From positions 840,001 to 872,000 of the forward strand of contig NZ_CP147990.1 in NCBI RefSeq assembly GCF_037902255.1: a stretch of 32,000 bases of DNA, given 5' to 3'. Below, one piece after another: positions 26,166 through 32,000 of this stretch; the stretch's first letter is position 1, and every line of letters begins with the position of its first letter. Source of the stretch: Candidatus Electrothrix sp. GW3-4 (GTDB lineage Bacteria; Desulfobacterota; Desulfobulbia; Desulfobulbales; Desulfobulbaceae). The notes below the pieces were generated by a model, which was given only the letters and a program-made list of their open reading frames with translations, was not told the DNA's origin and did no database searches. The position numbers were made by a program, and so were the translations under genes.

Positions 26166-27311
26166 TCACCCGACCGCCTCTTTCGGCTCCTCACCCTGCA
26201 TCGAAAGCGCATCCTCAAGAATCCCGCTGACCTCATTCGAGGCCCGTTGCATGGCCTCATCCCGGTGATGGGCGTACCGCTGTGTCATCTGCGGGCTTTT
26301 ATGGGTCATGAGCTTTTGCAGCGTGAACATATCCACCTTGCCGCTGTTGGCAAGCATGGTGGCGTACACATGCCGCAGCCCGTGCAATGGCCTGAAGTCG
26401 GCAGGGAGGCCAGCAGCTTCTTTAATGGCTCTCACGTCCTTGGAAATATCCTTACGCGGCCCGCCCCCTCTGGCCGGAAAAATATATTCGCTCTCCTGCT
26501 TAGGTACGGAGTGCAGCAACACCCTTGCGCTGTTGTTTAACGGTATTTTCTGACTCTTGCCGCCCTTGGGTTCCCGGATATGAATAAAGCCCCGCTCAAA
26601 GTCTATATCATCCCATTGCAGCTTGAACATTTCCCCCCGCCGCAGCCCGGTAAAAAGAACCAGCTTCATCATATTGGCGGCTGTGGTGCGGTGGGTGGTT
26701 TCGAGAACATCAAAGAGGCTCTGCAACTGCTCCGGGGTCAGGTCTTCAGTCTTGATGTTGTCAACGCGGGGAATGGTGATCTTGAAGGCAAGGGGAGCAA
26801 TCCAGCCCTGCCCGTATCCGAAATTGATTATCCGCTTGAGCAGTACCAGCACATGCTTGACGGTCTGCGGTGAATGCGTCTTTAAAAGGTTGATCCGTAC
26901 CCGGTCGGTATCCAGCTTGACAATCTCTTTCGGTTCCTTGTTGCCAAATGGCTTTTTTAAATGCGCTTCATATCTGCCGGAATCGGTACGGGTGGCTCTG
27001 TTCTTTGGTAACTGCGCCCGGTATGCTTCCCATAGTCTGTCGGTTGTCCAGCGGTGTTTAACGGCCTCTGCCGCTTTGCGTTCGTCCCGGTTGCTCTTAT
27101 GCTTTCCTTCGATCCGCTCCGCACGGATACCGGCAGCTCTGGCGGGGGTCATATCATCCTGATATTGACGACCTGCTTTTTCCTCAACCTGCTTTCCGTT
27201 CTTCCGGTAGAAAATATAATAGATTCTTTCTTTGCCGGTGCGCCCGACCGCCTCACCTTGAATGTAATAAACTCCGGGATATTTTGTTTTCACCCGTTTC
27301 TGACGTGGCAT
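26166..27311 (-). CDS. int: Tyrosine-type site-specific integrase
   Basis: 381 aa. The C-terminal catalytic region has RRGE, HGLRHVYATMLANSG (H-x-x-R) and THKSPQMTQRYAH (Tyr). It is adjacent to attR. Confidence 0.92.
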   Translation of the reverse strand: MPRQKRVKTKYPGVYYIQGEAVGRTGKERIYYIFYRKNGKQVEEKAGRQYQDDMTPARAAGIRAERIEGKHKSNRDERKAAEAVKHRWTTDRLWEAYRAQLPKNRATRTDSGRYEAHLKKPFGNKEPKEIVKLDTDRVRINLLKTHSPQTVKHVLVLLKRIINFGYGQGWIAPLAFKITIPRVDNIKTEDLTPEQLQSLFDVLETTHRTTAANMMKLVLFTGLRRGEMFKLQWDDIDFERGFIHIREPKGGKSQKIPLNNSARVLLHSVPKQESEYIFPARGGGPRKDISKDVRAIKEAAGLPADFRPLHGLRHVYATMLANSGKVDMFTLQKLMTHKSPQMTQRYAHHRDEAMQRASNEVSGILEDALSMQGEEPKEAVG

Positions 27312-27469
27312 TTCCTCTCCCTCTCTTGAAATATTGTCCCAGCGTATCCCCAGCAGATAGAATCAATTTAACAGTATTTGCGAGTAAGTCAAGGGAAAGA
27401 GGGATTGCTAAATTTCCTTTTGTTATGTATGTTTATGTAGAAAGCGGTAAAAGGAGGGAAAGAGGGTGA

Positions 27470-27539
27470 AACGGCCTTCTAAGCCGTAGGTCGCAGGTTC
27501 GAATCCTGCTTGGCGTACCATATATATATCAGGGGGTTA
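27470..27539 (+). repeat. attR: displaced tRNA-Arg 3' half (no 5' half) plus flank
   Basis: 27470-27520 is identical to 11945-11995. The preceding sequence (..ggagggaaagagggtga) has no acceptor or D arm. Confidence 0.85.
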
Positions 27540-27567
27540 GTGGATTTTCCGTTAACTCCCTTTTTTT
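27531..27567 (+). terminator. Probable original tRNA-Arg terminator
   Basis: Hairpin agggggtta(g) ... (g)ttaactccct followed by TTTTTTT. It differs from the hairpin at 12003-12039. Confidence 0.6.
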
Positions 27568-27666
27568 ATTCCCCACCGTATTCCCCGCCGTATTCCCCAC
27601 ACTTTGTCTCGTTTTCGTTTTTTTGTGGGGAGTAATGCCCGCCGAAAAACTTCCTTCAACAACACC

Positions 27667-28018
27667 CTGAAAAAACGCTTCCGGTATACCTGTGCCTCCC
27701 CTCATGTATACGAAAAGCTGTTTTCCTATACACGACAACCTGTTCATGTATAGAAAATGGCTTTTTCTATACAAGCACCGCATCCGGGCGGAACTGCCCA
27801 AGCTGTACAGTCAGGATTTACTGAACAACCTGTTCCGGCATCCGTACACCAAGATTGAATATCTTCAGAATGATTTGCGGGTTTCCCGGCTGACAGCAAG
27901 CAGGTATCTTGCTCAACTTACAGAGCGGGGTTTTCTGGAAAAGGCAAAGGTGGGGCGGTACAACTATTATATCAATCAGCCGTTGATGGATTTATTTGCA
28001 GATATACCGGAGTTGTGA
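27667..28018 (+). pseudogene. Fic-family protein remnant (C-terminal winged-helix part only) preceded by repeated junction sequence
   Basis: From about 27775 the translation reads RIRAELPKLYSQDLLNNLFRHPYTKIEYLQNDLRVSRLTASRYLAQLTERGFLEKAKVGRYNYYIN, as in the C-terminus of Fic/DOC proteins. No Fic core (HPFxxGNG) lies upstream. The first 168 nt repeat 14091-14258. Confidence 0.7.
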
Positions 28019-28181
28019 TTCGAGCAGCTTTTCAATGGATCATCCAAGCACCGGGCCGCTTAATTGAGGCCGTGAAGAAAGGAAAGGGTGGGGGGGTGCT
28101 TAGGGTAGCCGGGTGGCTTCTCCACATAATACTACTGTCTTGACAATGGGGTCCACTTTACTCCTTTAATTGAGAGCAGGC

Positions 28182-30782
28182 TTAAATCGCCCGTTTTTTC
28201 GCTTGATTGAGGACATCTCTCACCGTCTGAGCCAGGATTTTCCTTTCGACTGGTTTCATTAAAAATTTTTTGATTCCTAGCTCTTCAGCCTTCTCCTCTG
28301 AAATCACGGAGCTATAACCTGTGCACATGATAATGGGAATGTCCGGTCGGATGTGTAACATTTGCTTTGCCAGTTCTGAACCATCAAGATTGGGCATGGT
28401 TTGATCGGTGATGATAAGATCAAAACTCTCTGGAGCGGCTTGGAAGTCTTCCACGGTTTTTGCACTGTCACAATATACGGTGACCGTATAACCAAGTTTT
28501 TCCAAAGTTGCTTTATACATGCCCACTATGGCTTCTTCGTCATCGACAACTAAAATTCGTTCGTTGCCTTGAGGGAGGCCTGTTTGCTTTTCTCTTTCTC
28601 TCTCCACCGTTTTTTCTTCGATCGCCGGGAAGTAAATGTAAAAAGTGCTCCCCATGCTTGGCTTACTTTCAACCTTAACAAACCCACCGCTCCCTTGGAC
28701 GATGCCATGGACTAAGGCCAAGCCCATACCACTTCCTTTACCCACTTCTTTGGTGGTAAAATAGGGTTCAAAAACCCTTTTAACTGTTTTCTCATCCATG
28801 CCACAGCCTGTATCACCCACCTTGAGCTCAAGAAATGTTCCAGGAGCTATACCCACTTCGCCTATGACATCAGCTTTCGTCAAGACCACCTGGGATAACG
28901 ATACCGTCAGAACGCCTTTTTGATTCTCCATAGCATGGAGGGCATTGGTGCAAAGGTTGACCAGGATTTGGTGGATATTGGTTGGATTCCCTAAGATTTG
29001 CGCACAATCTGAATGAATGTTCTCCTCTATCATAATTGTTGTTGGCAATGACGCCCGCATAAGCTTGAGCCCCTCTTTAATAATGGAAGATACCTGTAAC
29101 GGGTGTTGTGTTTCTGGCCCCTTGCGGCTGAAGGTGAGAATCTGTCTCACGAGTTCCTTTGCACGGTTTCCAGCGTTGAGAACCTGATCAATGTAGTCCC
29201 AGGATTGACTATATTTAGGGATATTATCTTGTGCCATCTCAGCATAGCCAAGAATGGCAAAGAGAATGTTGTTGAAATCATGGGCAATGCCACCTGCAAG
29301 CGTTCCAATTGCCTCCATCTTATGGGCCTGGAACAGTTCATCCTCCATTCTCTTTTGTTCTGTTATATCCTGAGCAATGTGGACAATCTGGTTTATCTCT
29401 CCACTATCATTGAGGATGGGGGAACTTGTCACATTGAAAATTTTCCCAAGGTTCTCGTGAGTGATGATTGCACTATGCGTTGTTTTATCCTTAAAAGTTA
29501 ATAGTTGAGGGCAGTTTGAACATGGTATGCTGACATCCCGAAAAACCTCATAGCAATATTTACCCTTCAGGGCGCCGTCTTCAGCCTGAAAGGCATCATG
29601 AGCAGCCTTGTTGGCTCTGATAATGCGCAGATTTTTATCTTGAATAGTAACGAAATCGCTCATTGCATCAAATGTTTTTTCCCATTCTGACCGGGCGCTT
29701 CTCAATGCCTTTTCTGTCTTGGCGCGTTCTGCAATTTCGGATACAAGGTTTTTTGTTCTTTCTGTAACCTGACTTTCGAGCGAGTTTTGGGCATCAGCGA
29801 GTCGAAAAAGCATTGTTTTGAGGGATCTTGCAAGGATACCGACTTCACCAACTTCGTCAGTAACAATTTCAGCAGAAGGAATACCCGTTTGGGCAACCTG
29901 GTTGGCGATACGACTTAACGAAATGATCGGATCGGCAATTTTTTGTGCGATCCATCTGGAGATCAGGATGGTTGCTAAAAGAATGAACACGCCGCAGCCA
30001 AGATATATCAAAGTGACTTTTTTCAGAGGTGCCAGGGCAAGAGTAAGGGATTCTCCGTATTCAATGTTGAGTTGGAGCCCTTGTAATGCTTGAGGGAGGT
30101 TGAGCTGGTTATGAACAGAGTAAAAAGTATGTTCGCTTTTTACACCTACCTGGATGAGTGGATCAGCCCCCTGATGAAGGCTGAGGAAGGAGTGGGCAGG
30201 AGGAGCATGGTCTTTGCTCACGACTGTGGAAAATATTTTGGATAAAGAGATTTCCATAGCCAGGATCCCTTCAGCCATTCCGGTGGCTCCATAAAAAACC
30301 GGATACGCTAAGAGCAGATTGGTGCTTTCGTCATGTTTAATTATTTCAGCATAGGAACGTTCTTTGCTAATAGTCGTCGAGATAAGTTCTTTATAGGAAG
30401 GGTAATCTGTCCTTGATTGTTGATTAAAAGCTATGGTTTTTCCTTCGAAATCCAGAAGAGTAAGGTGGGCATGGGTTTCCAGAGGAGCTTTATATCCCTT
30501 GAGAAAAGGACCGATATAGAAGTCCCTGCCCACTGAGTCGATAAGGGCATTCACGACCAACAGGTTTTTTGACATACTTTCAATGTCATGATTGAGAGTG
30601 ACAAGAAAAGATTCAAGAGATACTTGATAAGAGTTGGTTTCTTGATGAATCTTCCTTGATGCCTGCTCAACAAGATTACTTTTGATGTACCAGAAGCTCG
30701 CTAGCCCAAAGGTGAATGAAAAAGCGAGGGTAATAATCGCAGTTGAGACAGTTATCTTTTGGGATAAGCTTTCTAGCCGCAT
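28182..30782 (-). CDS. Hybrid sensor histidine kinase/response regulator (periplasmic sensor, HAMP, PAS, HisKA, HATPase_c, REC)
   Basis: 866 aa. Two TM helices flank a ~230-aa periplasmic domain. PAS ([17 protein letters not shown]), H-box [12 protein letters not shown]-boxes (DTGCGM, GSGMGL) and a C-terminal receiver (ILVVDDE...[14 protein letters not shown]). Confidence 0.9.
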   Translation of the reverse strand: MRLESLSQKITVSTAIITLAFSFTFGLASFWYIKSNLVEQASRKIHQETNSYQVSLESFLVTLNHDIESMSKNLLVVNALIDSVGRDFYIGPFLKGYKAPLETHAHLTLLDFEGKTIAFNQQSRTDYPSYKELISTTISKERSYAEIIKHDESTNLLLAYPVFYGATGMAEGILAMEISLSKIFSTVVSKDHAPPAHSFLSLHQGADPLIQVGVKSEHTFYSVHNQLNLPQALQGLQLNIEYGESLTLALAPLKKVTLIYLGCGVFILLATILISRWIAQKIADPIISLSRIANQVAQTGIPSAEIVTDEVGEVGILARSLKTMLFRLADAQNSLESQVTERTKNLVSEIAERAKTEKALRSARSEWEKTFDAMSDFVTIQDKNLRIIRANKAAHDAFQAEDGALKGKYCYEVFRDVSIPCSNCPQLLTFKDKTTHSAIITHENLGKIFNVTSSPILNDSGEINQIVHIAQDITEQKRMEDELFQAHKMEAIGTLAGGIAHDFNNILFAILGYAEMAQDNIPKYSQSWDYIDQVLNAGNRAKELVRQILTFSRKGPETQHPLQVSSIIKEGLKLMRASLPTTIMIEENIHSDCAQILGNPTNIHQILVNLCTNALHAMENQKGVLTVSLSQVVLTKADVIGEVGIAPGTFLELKVGDTGCGMDEKTVKRVFEPYFTTKEVGKGSGMGLALVHGIVQGSGGFVKVESKPSMGSTFYIYFPAIEEKTVEREREKQTGLPQGNERILVVDDEEAIVGMYKATLEKLGYTVTVYCDSAKTVEDFQAAPESFDLIITDQTMPNLDGSELAKQMLHIRPDIPIIMCTGYSSVISEEKAEELGIKKFLMKPVERKILAQTVRDVLNQAKKRAI

Positions 30783-30789
30783 AGGTGAG

Positions 30790-31998
30790 TTACCTGATCC
30801 TCAAAATCGTTCCATCTTTTAACCTGAAACGTCCCATGAACAGATTCTCCGGCAAAAGTGCGGTGTGGTTTTCCTTGGTAAAAGGAGGATGGTAATATTT
30901 TATGAGTCCGTCGTATGCCTCAATGTCCTCCAGGGCTTTGCGGATTTCAGGTCTGTTCGTTGAGCCAGCCTTATTGATAGCCAGGGCCAAGATGTGGGTT
31001 GCGTCATAGGCATGGGCGATCCCCACCGGGGCAGGGATATCTTCCGGTCCTTTGATATTGAAGAGTCTTCCGGCAGTGGTATAAAATTTTTTCAGTTTTT
31101 CTGGCCGATCTTCGTCAAAAAAACTATAGGTTTGGACCACGGAAAAATCTATCTTGTCAATAGCCTCTCCCGTCATCTTGGTAAATTGGCCGCCACTCAC
31201 GCCCCAATGACTTACGACCGGCAAGCGCTGTTCCTTTGGTAGCGATGCTATCTCTTTGACCAAAATTGAACCTTCTGCTTCGTTAGCGACCAAGAGTATA
31301 GATTCAGCTCCCGACGCCCTGGCCGTTATATATTTATCCAACAAACTTTTGTCGCCCCAGTTATACCAGAGGGTGCTGGTGACAGAGGTTTCTGGGTGAG
31401 CCGCCAGATATTTCTGAATGGCCTTCTGATTACTGCGGCCCCAACCGGTAACCGGCAGAAGAACGCCAAGTTTGTTTAGCCCTTTCTTTCGGGCATAATC
31501 AATCATGGTTTTTATAGCCCAACTATCTTTTAAGGAAACCCGGAAACAGTAATTGGGGGCATAGTCATGGTCGGTGATGATATCTGCTGCTCCCCACACA
31601 TCCATTAAGATCATTTTTTTCTCATGAAGAATGTCAAGTTCTTCAATCATTACTGGGGAAAATTTACCACCGAATACGGCGACCAAATCCTCGATCTCCG
31701 AGAACTCTTTGATGTTTTTTATCCCCCTGGCAGGGACTGAACGGTTATCCTTGACAAGAAGCTCAAGGTTTCTGCCACCGAGAACGCCTCCAGCCCTGTT
31801 GATTTCATCAAGAGCCGTGAGGATACCGATCCTGATTGCTTCATCAGAGGTACTGGTTACATGCCCTTCCTCGGCATCGAAACCGATATAGACCGGTGAG
31901 GTATCTTGACTTTCGTTTGCTATGGCGCTGGCGCTCATCTTGAAGCTTATGAAGATAAGGAAAGGCAACAGTAAATAAACATGAGAGGATTTTTTCAT
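30790..31998 (-). CDS. Periplasmic substrate-binding protein, type 1 PBP (Leu/Ile/Val-binding-like)
   Basis: 402 aa with a signal peptide (MKKSSHVYLLLPFLIFISFKMSASA). Its length and pattern fit an LIV-BP-like fold (IGFDAE..., VVSHWG). Its stop lies 7 nt upstream of the kinase start. Confidence 0.75.
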   Translation of the reverse strand: MKKSSHVYLLLPFLIFISFKMSASAIANESQDTSPVYIGFDAEEGHVTSTSDEAIRIGILTALDEINRAGGVLGGRNLELLVKDNRSVPARGIKNIKEFSEIEDLVAVFGGKFSPVMIEELDILHEKKMILMDVWGAADIITDHDYAPNYCFRVSLKDSWAIKTMIDYARKKGLNKLGVLLPVTGWGRSNQKAIQKYLAAHPETSVTSTLWYNWGDKSLLDKYITARASGAESILLVANEAEGSILVKEIASLPKEQRLPVVSHWGVSGGQFTKMTGEAIDKIDFSVVQTYSFFDEDRPEKLKKFYTTAGRLFNIKGPEDIPAPVGIAHAYDATHILALAINKAGSTNRPEIRKALEDIEAYDGLIKYYHPPFTKENHTALLPENLFMGRFRLKDGTILRIR

Positions 31999-32000
31999 AA

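Larger units (their letters stand above)
11945..27539. mobile_element. Integrative genomic island (about 15.6 kb) inserted in the 3' end of tRNA-Arg(UCU); defence/addiction cargo
   Basis: The island is bounded by direct repeats 11945-12012 and 27470-27539, of which 51 nt are identical. Tyrosine integrase and excisionase lie just inside the right repeat. Shared arm motifs sit next to both repeats. Confidence 0.85.

Noticed and set aside
25265-26260. Long version (331 aa) of the hypothetical gene starting at 26260
   Set aside because: The extension is Arg-rich (MRPCNGPRMRSAGFLRMRFRCRVR...) and overlaps the integrase 3' end by ~95 nt. ATG 26125 gives a clean non-overlapping start.
27470-27520. 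Possible second tRNA-Arg gene
   Set aside because: Only the 3' 51 nt (anticodon stem onward) are present. The upstream sequence cannot form acceptor or D arms, so it is an att repeat.

Overview
This 32-kb window comes from a diderm (Gram-negative) chromosome. The protein sequences resemble a Desulfobacterota-type genome, but I cannot verify that from the sequence alone. The window has three zones.

(1) Bases 1-11.9 kb hold core genes. These are a partial YhdH-type oxidoreductase, KdsD, a CooT-like Ni protein plus a His-tailed protein, and a ~800-aa single-pass membrane protein with a cysteine-less UBC/E2-like domain. They are followed by YciO, a TamA-like Omp85, a TolC-like OMP and a cysteine synthase-CysRS fusion whose HIGH and KMSKS motifs are degenerate. 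The zone ends at tRNA-Arg(UCU).

(2) Bases 11,945-27,539 are a ~15.6-kb integrative island bounded by a perfect 51-nt direct repeat of the tRNA 3' half. A tyrosine integrase and an excisionase sit at the right end. The cargo is an ImmA/IrrE-DUF4411 pair, two HigBA-like TA pairs, a type I R-M system (hsdRSM) and an AT-rich cassette encoding two paralogous Cys-rich secreted proteins. Three diverged, 5'-truncated serine-recombinase remnants each precede a different cargo module.

(3) Bases 27.54-32 kb hold what looks like the decayed left end of a related element. It contains a Fic C-terminal fragment, part of which is repeated inside the island. A hybrid sensor kinase and a periplasmic binding protein follow.

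I saw no CRISPR array, rRNA or transposase. The most unusual items are the recombinase-remnant cassette array, the Cys-rich secreted pair, the CysK-CysRS fusion and the inactive E2-like membrane protein.
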